A stretch of DNA of 64,000 nucleotides, taken from IMG/VR virus record IMGVR_UViG_3300023210_000011, positions 32,001 through 96,000 of that record; one strand, given 5' to 3'. The translations under genes were made by a program, and so were the position numbers. Shown one piece after another: positions 1 to 7,753 of the stretch. Position 1 is the first letter of the stretch, and each line of letters opens with the position of its first letter. The notes beneath the pieces are model-generated. The model made no database searches, was not told where the DNA came from, and saw nothing but the letters and a program-made list of their open reading frames with translations. This stretch comes from a virus.

Positions 1-1
1 A

Positions 2-274
2 GACGCGCGCAGGACTTGTCCTGTGTGCTCCGGGACCGAGTTCAAGATCCGTCGCCCCATCACCGGGCAGATGACCGCCAAGTGCCAGGGCTGCGGATTC
101 AAGATGCACGGGCCAGGTCCACGAGTAGTGGACAGCACTCCGAAGATGCACGGCCAGCTCCCCCACGGGCCGACGTACCGGGGGACTCGTTCCCCTCCCA
201 AGCAGGCTCCCCACTCCCCCATTGCCAGATTGAAGGGCCGTGACTACCGCGCCCTCAAGGCCAAGGACGACTGA
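2..274 (+). CDS. Zn-ribbon protein, 5' truncated by window edge
   Basis: Frame is open from base 2: DARRTCPVCSG...AKCQGCGF, two CxxC pairs. The ORF track start at 23 misses the first Cys. Confidence 0.7.
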   Translation, partial: DARRTCPVCSGTEFKIRRPITGQMTAKCQGCGFKMHGPGPRVVDSTPKMHGQLPHGPTYRGTRSPPKQAPHSPIARLKGRDYRALKAKDD

Positions 275-275
275 C

Positions 276-1043
276 ATGCCCAAGAAGCAGCCGGTGCGAC
301 CCAGCTCCGCGCCCGTATCTTTCCATGACGCCCCTGCCGGCAAGTCCGGAAAGTACAAGGCGATCATCGAGCGGGCGAAGGCCGCCCAGGTCCCCGACCG
401 TCCAGGAGACCTGACGGGTACGCCGAACTTCGAGGACACCCAGAAGAGCTGGGAGTCTCGGCAGCCTGCCCAGACCCATCTCTCTCCGAACACCGCCGCG
501 CAGCTCGAGGCGGTCGCCCACGCGACCGCGAACGCCCCTGTGCCGGAGGAGGAGCCGGAGGAGGAGGAGTTCTCTGCACCGCCGGAGCCTGAGGAGGAGC
601 TCTCCGATGATGAGCGCCTCCGGCGTGCCGTAGAGGACCGGATCACCAACACGATCGACATCGGCCGGTACCTGATGAACGGGGAGACCACGCAGACGGT
701 TCCGATCATCCCGGGGAAGCTGGAGGTCACCTTCCGGACGGTCACGGACCTGGAGGAGTCGTACGTGGACGGGAAGCTGGCGGAGGACAAGGGGGCCACC
801 GCCCGCGTGTTCCTCCGTCAGTCCAACGAGTGGGCGCTGGCGTTTCACATCGCGGCGGTCAACGGCAAGTCGTGGCCGGCGACCACCATCCAGGGGGACA
901 TCAATGACGTCTCCCTGCAGAAGCGCCTCGGCCACATCAAGAAGCTGTCCTCCCCCGTGTTCTCCATGATCACGCAGAACCTCGTCTGGTTCCTCGAGCG
1001 GGTCAACTCCGCCCTGACCGTGGAGGCCCTGGGAAATGGATAG
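276..1043 (+). CDS. Putative tail assembly chaperone (gpG-like), short form of a frameshifted pair
   Basis: ATG at 276 follows the upstream stop at 274. Acidic N-half, compact C-domain (VTFRTVT...LAFHIAAVNG...RLGHIKKL). Ends L-G-N-G-stop over the slippery heptamer GGGAAAT. Confidence 0.55.
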   Translation: MPKKQPVRPSSAPVSFHDAPAGKSGKYKAIIERAKAAQVPDRPGDLTGTPNFEDTQKSWESRQPAQTHLSPNTAAQLEAVAHATANAPVPEEEPEEEEFSAPPEPEEELSDDERLRRAVEDRITNTIDIGRYLMNGETTQTVPIIPGKLEVTFRTVTDLEESYVDGKLAEDKGATARVFLRQSNEWALAFHIAAVNGKSWPATTIQGDINDVSLQKRLGHIKKLSSPVFSMITQNLVWFLERVNSALTVEALGNG

Positions 1044-1060
1044 CCACCCCGGTGGGGTGG
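1031..1060 (+). other. Programmed -1 ribosomal frameshift signal
   Basis: G GGA AAT (1031-1037) is in X XXY YYZ register. A 6-nt spacer is followed by the perfect stem CCACCCC-GGT-GGGGTGG (1044-1060). The -1 frame is open into ORF 1052-1396. Confidence 0.8.
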
Positions 1061-1396
1061 GCCCGCGCGAATGTCATCTACGACACCGCGCCCGGACCTC
1101 CGAGGTTCGGCACCCTCTCGGAAGCGATGTTCCTGATGGTCTGGCAGACCAGGATCTCGCAGGATGTGGCAGCCACCCGGGCCGTAGCACAGGCCGCCAT
1201 CGGCGGTGAGAAGGCCACTGAGGCTTTCAGCGACTACACGAACCTCATCAACCGCACCACCACAACCACCGACAAGAAGAAGATGGCAACCAGGCTCGAG
1301 GACCTCAAGAAGATGCAGGCGGTCAAGTTCCGCCCAGCAGAGAGGGCCATGGGGCAGAAGGCCAGTAGTCTTCGCACCGTACGGAGGAAGCAGTGA
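1052..1396 (+). CDS. -1 frame extension (gpGT-like C-terminal part) of 276-1043
   Basis: In the -1 frame relative to the upstream ORF; reads GKWIATPVGWARANVIYD... through the slip site. No convincing RBS before GTG 1052. Confidence 0.7.
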   Translation: MGWARANVIYDTAPGPPRFGTLSEAMFLMVWQTRISQDVAATRAVAQAAIGGEKATEAFSDYTNLINRTTTTTDKKKMATRLEDLKKMQAVKFRPAERAMGQKASSLRTVRRKQ

Positions 1397-1701
1397 AAAT
1401 GATCGGAATCGTCGAGTTCCACCCACTCGACGGGACAGAACGGGGACTATTTCTACTGGCGCATGGCCCCTCGGGAGAGTTCCGGGTGCCCGTCACCCAG
1501 GATCAGGCCGTCGCGCTTCTCTCTCGGATCCAGGAGGCCCCTGCCCCCGCGGAGGAGGAGGAGGAGGAGGAGGAGGAGTTCGGTGGGTACGAGGAGTTCG
1601 AGCAGGCTCTGCACGGAGAGCCCTCGTCCAGTCCGGCCCCTGATGGGTTCAGGATGGGGGCTGCTGAGCTCGACGACGACGACGACGACGGTGATCTGTG
1701 A
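1393..1701 (+). CDS. Small acidic protein with poly-Glu and poly-Asp tracts
   Basis: GTGA-coupled to the upstream stop. E9 and D6 runs. Confidence 0.8.
   Translation: MKMIGIVEFHPLDGTERGLFLLAHGPSGEFRVPVTQDQAVALLSRIQEAPAPAEEEEEEEEEFGGYEEFEQALHGEPSSSPAPDGFRMGAAELDDDDDDGDL
1552..1578 (+). repeat. Perfect (GAG)9 trinucleotide repeat
   Basis: Read directly; encodes E9. Confidence 0.95.
1672..1689 (+). repeat. Perfect (GAC)6 trinucleotide repeat
   Basis: Read directly; encodes D6. Confidence 0.95.
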
Positions 1702-2021
1702 ACCTCGATCGGATGAGACTCGAGTACAAGCTCGACCTGATCATCCGTGCCCTGCAGCAGAGCGGGGCCATGCTGGGGGAACTCCCCGGCCTCGAGGGAA
1801 TCGAGAAGGACTGCTGCCCCATCTGTGAGACTCCGGTTCGCGTCATCGCGGACATGGAGACCGAGACCCCCCTCTACACCTGTGAATGCCGGTCCCCCAA
1901 GGTGATCGTGACCGGCATCTCCGCCCTCGTTCCCCCCAGGAGCCATGATGTCTACGCCGACCGGAATCCAGAAGAAGAAGTTCCACACGAACGCACGCCG
2001 CCAGGTGATCGCGACAGCTGA
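1698..2021 (+). CDS. Hypothetical protein with CPIC...CEC Zn-ribbon
   Basis: GTGA-coupled; four Cys ligands. Confidence 0.75.
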   Translation: MNLDRMRLEYKLDLIIRALQQSGAMLGELPGLEGIEKDCCPICETPVRVIADMETETPLYTCECRSPKVIVTGISALVPPRSHDVYADRNPEEEVPHERTPPGDRDS

Positions 2022-2334
2022 TGTGTCCATTCGGCAGGTCCAGGTGATCGACAAGGTCGGTGCCGTTCGCGGCATCGTGGTGTGGCAGTGTGGCCCCGAC
2101 ATCTTCTGGGCGGACACCATGGACGGCATGTTCGACGCAGCGCGTCGGAAGTCCGCCCCTCCGTGGCTGGTGGAGCAGATCAAGAACCTGCCGCAGTCGC
2201 AGAAGTTCTTCAGCGACGGGACCGCGTACGACTCCGCCGTGGAGGTCTCCACACCGGTGGGCTCCGTGGATACGTCCCCAGATCACGTCCCCGGAGACGC
2301 GGACACCGACCTCCCCAGCTTCGCGCAGGCCTGA
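1945..2334 (+). CDS. Hypothetical protein
   Basis: AGGAG RBS before ATG 1945; typical codon usage. Confidence 0.7.
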   Translation: MMSTPTGIQKKKFHTNARRQVIATADVSIRQVQVIDKVGAVRGIVVWQCGPDIFWADTMDGMFDAARRKSAPPWLVEQIKNLPQSQKFFSDGTAYDSAVEVSTPVGSVDTSPDHVPGDADTDLPSFAQA

Positions 2335-2335
2335 C

Positions 2336-2680
2336 ATGTCCGGACTCCGACCCATGCCGGGGTGGGCGCTGTGCAGAGCAGCCCCGCACTCTCTGAAGAC
2401 CAAGTCCGGGCTCTACCTGGCCACAGAGATCGACAAGAACGTCCAGTCTGAGGGCGTCGCAGTCATCGAGAGCGTGGTGCCCCGTGAGGGGATGCCTGCT
2501 GGGGTCTCGGCAGGAGACCAGGTCATCTACCGAGGGTTCCTGAGGTTCGCCAACCAGGTGGGGAATCTCATGGGGGTAGACCGAGACTGCGAGTTCTTCC
2601 TGCTCAACCTGCAGGACATCCTTGCAGTGGTCTCGGGTCCCGGGACTGTGGGTGTCCACGGAGAATACGAGGTGCAGTGA
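2336..2680 (+). CDS. groES: Co-chaperonin GroES/Cpn10-like
   Basis: LRPMPGWALC...KTKSGLYL...VSAGDQVIY...FLLNLQDILAVV mirrors the GroES pattern LKPLxDRVLV...KTxGGIxL...VKVGDxV...YLILRExDILAVV. Real start is ATG 2336, not the track start 2060. Confidence 0.8.
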   Translation: MSGLRPMPGWALCRAAPHSLKTKSGLYLATEIDKNVQSEGVAVIESVVPREGMPAGVSAGDQVIYRGFLRFANQVGNLMGVDRDCEFFLLNLQDILAVVSGPGTVGVHGEYEVQ

Positions 2681-2844
2681 TGGGCAAGAAGAGCCGCCGG
2701 CTTCAGGTTCGGCTGGAGGGGGAGGACCATGACTTCCTCCTCCTCTACGCGGAGCGCAACGGACTGACCATCAGCCAGATGGTCCGGGACTTCATTCAGT
2801 GGCTGAAGCGGAGGGAGGAATCTGATGGATCTTCGACGTCGTAG
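2680..2844 (+). CDS. Ribbon-helix-helix (CopG/Arc-like) DNA-binding protein, 54 aa, not in ORF track
   Basis: TGATG-coupled. MGKKSRRLQVRLEGEDHDFLLLYAERNGLTISQMVRDFIQWL fits the RHH pattern (beta-strand xQVRL, helix, G-x-T-x-S-x-x-x-R). Confidence 0.75.
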   Translation: MGKKSRRLQVRLEGEDHDFLLLYAERNGLTISQMVRDFIQWLKRREESDGSSTS

Positions 2845-3349
2845 TCGCGTTGTCGTCTCGGAAGAGGTTCCGCTCCAGCGGAATACTGTTCAGGCGTTGA
2901 TGGACGCCCTGGGGTCCCTGTTCGGAAGGAAGGACAAGCCCACACGACTCCTCTACGTGAAGGGGGAGGCGCTGCAGGTGGAGACGCCCAAGCTCCTGGA
3001 TGCTCCAGACATTGAAGGTCTGGATAGCGGCCTGTTCACCCCGTACCAGGCAATCCGGCAGCACTGCGAGGTAGACGTGATGGAGACCGAAGCCAGCCCA
3101 TTGATGGCCGCGTGTCTGGCGGTGGCCAAGGTTCGGGGACAGGCAGACGTTCTCTCGGGGGTAGTCATCCAGTCCAAGGACTCCCTCGATGACTGGCTGC
3201 CTGGGGTGAAGCTGGACGAGATCTTCGGGATCCCGGTCTACATCGACCCCGAGACTCCAGAGGGCTTCGTGTTTTTCTGCAGTAGCTCCCGCAGTACGAT
3301 GGTTCGTGACTTCGAGCAGGCGGTCGCCTGCCACACCAACGGGAGCTGA
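2825..3349 (+). CDS. Hypothetical protein
   Basis: 174 aa ORF in operon order, typical codon usage. Confidence 0.8.
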   Translation: MDLRRRSRVVVSEEVPLQRNTVQALMDALGSLFGRKDKPTRLLYVKGEALQVETPKLLDAPDIEGLDSGLFTPYQAIRQHCEVDVMETEASPLMAACLAVAKVRGQADVLSGVVIQSKDSLDDWLPGVKLDEIFGIPVYIDPETPEGFVFFCSSSRSTMVRDFEQAVACHTNGS

Positions 3350-3351
3350 CC

Positions 3352-3693
3352 ATGGCGTGTGTAGGACGTTGCGGGGACTACGAGTCCCGACCCCAGTTCT
3401 GCAAGGACTACCCACAGGTGACGGACTTCGTCCCTTCGGGCTGTACCTTCTCGTTCCTCGGTGCAGAGCGGCAGGGGTCGTGCCAGCCGGAGGAGTGCCA
3501 GCAGGACATCTGTTGCGGCTACCCCCGGGAGGGGGGAGAGCCGGAAGGGACGTCCCTCGACGCCATGATCGGCGGAGAGCCCTGCAAGCATCTGACATGG
3601 ATCGAGATCACCACCAAGGAAGCCTCAGATGAGGAGGTAGCCCCGATGGAGGTCCTTCACTCCCTGATCGCTGACGCTCTCGGAGGATTCTGA
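3352..3693 (+). CDS. Cys-rich protein resembling the C-terminal half of the YkgJ/CxxCxxCC family
   Basis: CGDYESRPQFCKDYP matches CxxYxxRPxxCxxYP; nine Cys in total. Confidence 0.55.
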   Translation: MACVGRCGDYESRPQFCKDYPQVTDFVPSGCTFSFLGAERQGSCQPEECQQDICCGYPREGGEPEGTSLDAMIGGEPCKHLTWIEITTKEASDEEVAPMEVLHSLIADALGGF

Positions 3694-3695
3694 GC

Positions 3696-4229
3696 ATGTT
3701 CGCCCCCTATATGACTCGCTCGAAGAGCCTCGAGATGATCGAGGAGGAAAGCAGCGAGGACGGGCTGGCCCACAAGGTCACCTTTCGCGTCACAGATCTC
3801 ACTGCGTGGAACTCGCAGCTGGTCGATGTCCTGAAGTTCGCGGAGGACGAGGAAGACTACGTCTTGTCCGTGCGCAAGGAGTACTACGTCCTGGACGGCG
3901 CTCCTCGATTCGTCTGGAACATGATGATCTGGGGCGACTACGCCTCTGCTGCTCGAGATCTCGGTCCTCTGATGCAGATCGTTCCGCAAAGGGCGTCGCC
4001 CCCGGCACCCGCGGAGAAGGCGGCGGCCCCCGCTGCGCAGCGAGGCCGTGCATCGATCCTGGCCGTCCGGAAGATCGGCGTAGAGGATGACGGCACCACT
4101 CGGGTCGTGAAGAAAGTGCGGCTGCCGCACCGTCGCGGAAACCGCGACAACCCCGGAGAGGGGATCACCAAGAAGATGGGAGACAAGCGCATGGGCGCCT
4201 ATGTGTCTACTGCCAGTGGAGCGATCTGA
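3696..4229 (+). CDS. Hypothetical protein
   Basis: 177 aa; TGATG-coupled to the next gene. Confidence 0.8.
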   Translation: MFAPYMTRSKSLEMIEEESSEDGLAHKVTFRVTDLTAWNSQLVDVLKFAEDEEDYVLSVRKEYYVLDGAPRFVWNMMIWGDYASAARDLGPLMQIVPQRASPPAPAEKAAAPAAQRGRASILAVRKIGVEDDGTTRVVKKVRLPHRRGNRDNPGEGITKKMGDKRMGAYVSTASGAI

Positions 4230-4873
4230 TGGACATGAATCTCGCCACCCGCCGCTTCCACGCGAAGCTGGCGCAAGAGCAGGAAGCGCACGCAGCCGAG
4301 ATGGCCAAGCGCGCCAAGTACAAGATTCAGATCTGGTTCCGCTCCGACCGGTCCCTGCATCGTCCGATGACCTTCTCGATGTCCTTCTGGGAGTCTGGGA
4401 AGCGTCTGCACGGAGGAGGGGACGAGCTCCTCTTCATCTGTCGTCGGCACGCCGACGCCCCCAAGATCTCCCCCTTCGAGATGGCCAACGCCGCCAAGAA
4501 GAAGGGAAGCGACACGGGGTGTGGGGGGTTGATCTCCGGAGACAGCATCAGCCCAGAGGGGATCGTGGTCTGCCCCCACTGCTTCCTCCAGCACCGCACG
4601 GAGCAGATCGGGGACTCGATCTTCTACAGGGTCCAGGTGGGCCAGGCTGCGAAGATCCTCGCGGACTGGTGGCGCAAGGTCGGCAGCAACGCTGACATCT
4701 ACGCCAAGTACAGTCCCGAAGATCCACGTACGGTTATGATGAGCCGTACCTACTCTCCCCGCAAGGCGCGGGAGAGGAAGGGCCTGACCATCTACCCCCT
4801 GGCCAACATCCTCAAGGACACCCTCAACGGTGCGTCCCTCGAGTCCAGGATGAGGGCCTTCATCACGGCGTGA
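4229..4873 (+). CDS. Hypothetical protein, probable Zn-binding
   Basis: IC...GCGG...VCPHC ligand set; TGATG-coupled. Confidence 0.8.
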   Translation: MDMNLATRRFHAKLAQEQEAHAAEMAKRAKYKIQIWFRSDRSLHRPMTFSMSFWESGKRLHGGGDELLFICRRHADAPKISPFEMANAAKKKGSDTGCGGLISGDSISPEGIVVCPHCFLQHRTEQIGDSIFYRVQVGQAAKILADWWRKVGSNADIYAKYSPEDPRTVMMSRTYSPRKARERKGLTIYPLANILKDTLNGASLESRMRAFITA

Positions 4874-4876
4874 GAC

Positions 4877-7753
4877 ATGGACCACTTCTACCCGGAGTTC
4901 GAAAAGGAGGCGGACCTCGCCTCCTTCCTCGCCCCGGTAACGGAGAGAATCCAGGGCTTCTTCCAGTCCAAGGAGAAGAAGCGCGCGGCTCGCCGGGTGG
5001 AGGGGTTCCACAAGACGGAAGACAAGGACTGGGACGGGTTCACCGACCAGACTTCCCGCAAGAGCTTCGTCAAGCAGCTGGGGTCGGACACGCGCTCCGA
5101 TCCCAAGCTCCTGCAGTACGCCGACAACATGAACCGCCTCAAGACGGGCAAGCAGGTCGGAGAGGTCCAGGGAAGCCGGGGCACCTACAAGATCGTGAAG
5201 CTGCGGGGCCAGGATCGACTGGGGTGCTCCTGCAACGACTGGCGCTACAAGAAGTCCGTCGCGCAGCCTGGTGAGCAGGTGGACTGCAAGCACATCCGGC
5301 AGTTTCAGCAGCTGAAGGTTGCGGGTGTGAAGAAGCTCGAGCCCTCGCAGGGCGAGCGGGCTGAGTGGGAAAAGCGGGTAGCGCAGGCTGCGCTCTCGGG
5401 CGGGGACGGCGCCTCTCTGATGAAGACGGAAGAGGGCTTCGCAGCCTACACGCACCGCTCCCGTTCGAAGTTCTACCCAAGCCCCGCCTCCATTCCTCTT
5501 GGGAAGATCCGCTCCGTCGCGAAGACGGCGTCCTACCGCGAGGGCGGATCTTTCACGCACGACGGGCAGAAGTACTCTCTTGACGCCGCACTTCGATCCG
5601 CGGAGTCTCGCCCAGCCCTGCAGTTCTCGGTGGACGAGCTCAAGTGGGTGCTTCAGCATGACCGCCCCGACCCTTCGCGGGTACGAGCGGCAGACCTGCG
5701 TGCCCCTCTCTTGCTCGCACCCGACCGCAGGGGGCGGTGGACAGTCATTGATGGGCTGCACCGGCTCGCAAAGGCCGTGCGCGCAGGGAAAGACTCGGTC
5801 CCGGTCAAGATCTTGGCGCTGAGTGAGCTCCAGAAGACGGCCGCAGCAGTCACCTCCACGCTCAAGCCGCACCAGGAGCGGGTGCTGCGCAAGCTCGAGG
5901 ACAGCGACGGAGTCATCGTCGCGCACCGCGTAGGCGCCGGGAAGACGCTGACATCGATCGCCGCGGGCGTAGCGAGTGGCCGTCCCATGGAGGTCATCAC
6001 CCCTGCCTCCCTGACCAAGAACTACGAGAAGGAGCTCAAGAAGCACGTGAAGGGTGAGGTGAAGGCTCGTATCAGCTCCTACGAGAAGGCTGTACGGCGC
6101 GGAGCCAAAGAAGGGGAAGACAGCGTCGAGCCGGGATCTTTCCTGGTGCTCGACGAGGCGCACCGGCTGCGGAACGGAGGGACGCTAACCTCGAAGACCC
6201 TCCGTCCCGCGGCGCTGGAGGCCCACAAGCGGCTCCTCCTCACAGGCACCACGCTCTACAACCGCCCCTCTGATGTGGGGCCCCTGGCGAACGTGGCGGC
6301 GGGAGAGACAGTGCTCCCAGCGGACCCCACCAGGTTCGATCAGAAGTTCATCCAGGAGTCCGAGGTGTCCCCCGGGCTCTGGAACAGGCTGCGAGGGGTG
6401 AAGCCCGGTCTGCGGAAAGATCTGAAGAACGCCTCTCTTCTCCGCAAGGCGCTGTCAGGGCGCATTGATGTCCACTCAGAGGCATCGGCGGAGGACTTCC
6501 CTGAGCAGATCGAAGAGCGGATCGCAGTTCCGATGTCTCCGAAGCAGGAGCAGGTCTACGAGGCCGTGATGGGTGCCGCCCCGGCCCATGTGCGGAGGAA
6601 GATCCGCGCAGGGCTCCCGCCGTCGAAGCAGGAGTCCCGAATGTTGAACGCATTCACTACTGCAGGCCGGCAGGCTTCCCTCTCTCCGCGCCCCTATGTC
6701 GACGACATGACGAACGCGCAGGAGGCGGAGAACACCCCCAAGATCCAAGAGGCTGCGCGGCGGCTCCTGGACGCGCGGAAGACGGATCGAAGGTTCCGGG
6801 GGGTGGTGTACTCGAACTACATCGAGGCGGGCCTGAAGCCCTACGAGCGTGCCCTGAAGAGGCGGAAGATCAAGTTCAACACCCTCACGGGCAAGCTCAA
6901 CGCCAAGCAGAAAGCCCGCATGGTGGATGAGTACAACTCGGGGCAGACGCCCATCCTCCTCGTCTCGAGCTCGGGGACTGAGGGGCTGGACCTGAAGGGC
7001 ACGAAGATGGTCCAGGTCTTGGAGCCGCACTGGAACAACTCCAAGATCGACCAGGTGATTGGACGAGGAGTCCGGTACCAGAGCCACGCCCACCTCCCGA
7101 AGAAGGAGCGCAAGGTTCAGGTCCAGCGGTTCTACTCATCGCTGCCGAAGGGCTTCTTGGGCCGGAACAAGGGCAAGTCCACTGAGCAGTGGATCCAAGA
7201 TCGGGCGGACGACAAGACGCGCCTCTCCAACCAGCTGCGGGAAGTGTTCCAGCAGGCGAGTGACGAGCCCCCGCAGTCGCTACAGGGCCATGTGGCTCAG
7301 CGCATCCAGGAGCGCGCCCCCGGTTCCGGGTACGAGGTCGCCAAGATCCAGGCGCGCATCCCCAAGATGACGCTCCGCCCAGGAAAGACCTACCATGTGC
7401 CGCTCGCCAGAGGGCGGGGCTGGGTCGTGATAGGCGACATCGGTGGCCGGCACGTCGTGAAGACGGTCTTCGGTCCCAATATGCGGCCCCCGGGAGAGCG
7501 CGTGCTGGTCAAGCAGGCCCGCGCACCCCGCGACTACAAGAAGGAGTATGCGGAGTACCACGCCACCCCAGAGCAGCGGAAGAACCGTAGCCTCCGGAAC
7601 CAGGCCCGCCGGAAGGTGGGGCTAAGCAAAGGTGATCCCCGAGAGGTAGACCACAAGACTCCGCTCTCTCGTGGCGGCGGAAATGGCTCTGGGAACCTGC
7701 GTGCAGTTAGCTTCGAGCTCAACCGCAAAAAGTCAAACGGAGAAGCACGATGA
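4877..7753 (+). CDS. Multidomain protein: SWIM Zn finger + ParB/Srx-like + SNF2 helicase + putative BECR-type nuclease + HNH
   Basis: SWIM CSC...CKH (aa117-139). ParB-like VIDGLHRLAKA. SNF2 motifs HRVGAGKT, DEAH, LTGT, GTEGLDLKG, EPHWN...QVIGRGVR. HVAQRIQER...VVKTV module. C-terminal RDYKKEY...EVDHKTPLSRGG...NLRAVS...NR. Confidence 0.85.
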   Translation: MDHFYPEFEKEADLASFLAPVTERIQGFFQSKEKKRAARRVEGFHKTEDKDWDGFTDQTSRKSFVKQLGSDTRSDPKLLQYADNMNRLKTGKQVGEVQGSRGTYKIVKLRGQDRLGCSCNDWRYKKSVAQPGEQVDCKHIRQFQQLKVAGVKKLEPSQGERAEWEKRVAQAALSGGDGASLMKTEEGFAAYTHRSRSKFYPSPASIPLGKIRSVAKTASYREGGSFTHDGQKYSLDAALRSAESRPALQFSVDELKWVLQHDRPDPSRVRAADLRAPLLLAPDRRGRWTVIDGLHRLAKAVRAGKDSVPVKILALSELQKTAAAVTSTLKPHQERVLRKLEDSDGVIVAHRVGAGKTLTSIAAGVASGRPMEVITPASLTKNYEKELKKHVKGEVKARISSYEKAVRRGAKEGEDSVEPGSFLVLDEAHRLRNGGTLTSKTLRPAALEAHKRLLLTGTTLYNRPSDVGPLANVAAGETVLPADPTRFDQKFIQESEVSPGLWNRLRGVKPGLRKDLKNASLLRKALSGRIDVHSEASAEDFPEQIEERIAVPMSPKQEQVYEAVMGAAPAHVRRKIRAGLPPSKQESRMLNAFTTAGRQASLSPRPYVDDMTNAQEAENTPKIQEAARRLLDARKTDRRFRGVVYSNYIEAGLKPYERALKRRKIKFNTLTGKLNAKQKARMVDEYNSGQTPILLVSSSGTEGLDLKGTKMVQVLEPHWNNSKIDQVIGRGVRYQSHAHLPKKERKVQVQRFYSSLPKGFLGRNKGKSTEQWIQDRADDKTRLSNQLREVFQQASDEPPQSLQGHVAQRIQERAPGSGYEVAKIQARIPKMTLRPGKTYHVPLARGRGWVVIGDIGGRHVVKTVFGPNMRPPGERVLVKQARAPRDYKKEYAEYHATPEQRKNRSLRNQARRKVGLSKGDPREVDHKTPLSRGGGNGSGNLRAVSFELNRKKSNGEAR

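Noticed and set aside
7520-7750. C-terminal HNH as a mobile homing endonuclease or intron
   Set aside because: It is fused in frame as a short terminal module with no flanking intron structure or composition shift; treated as a domain of the multidomain protein.
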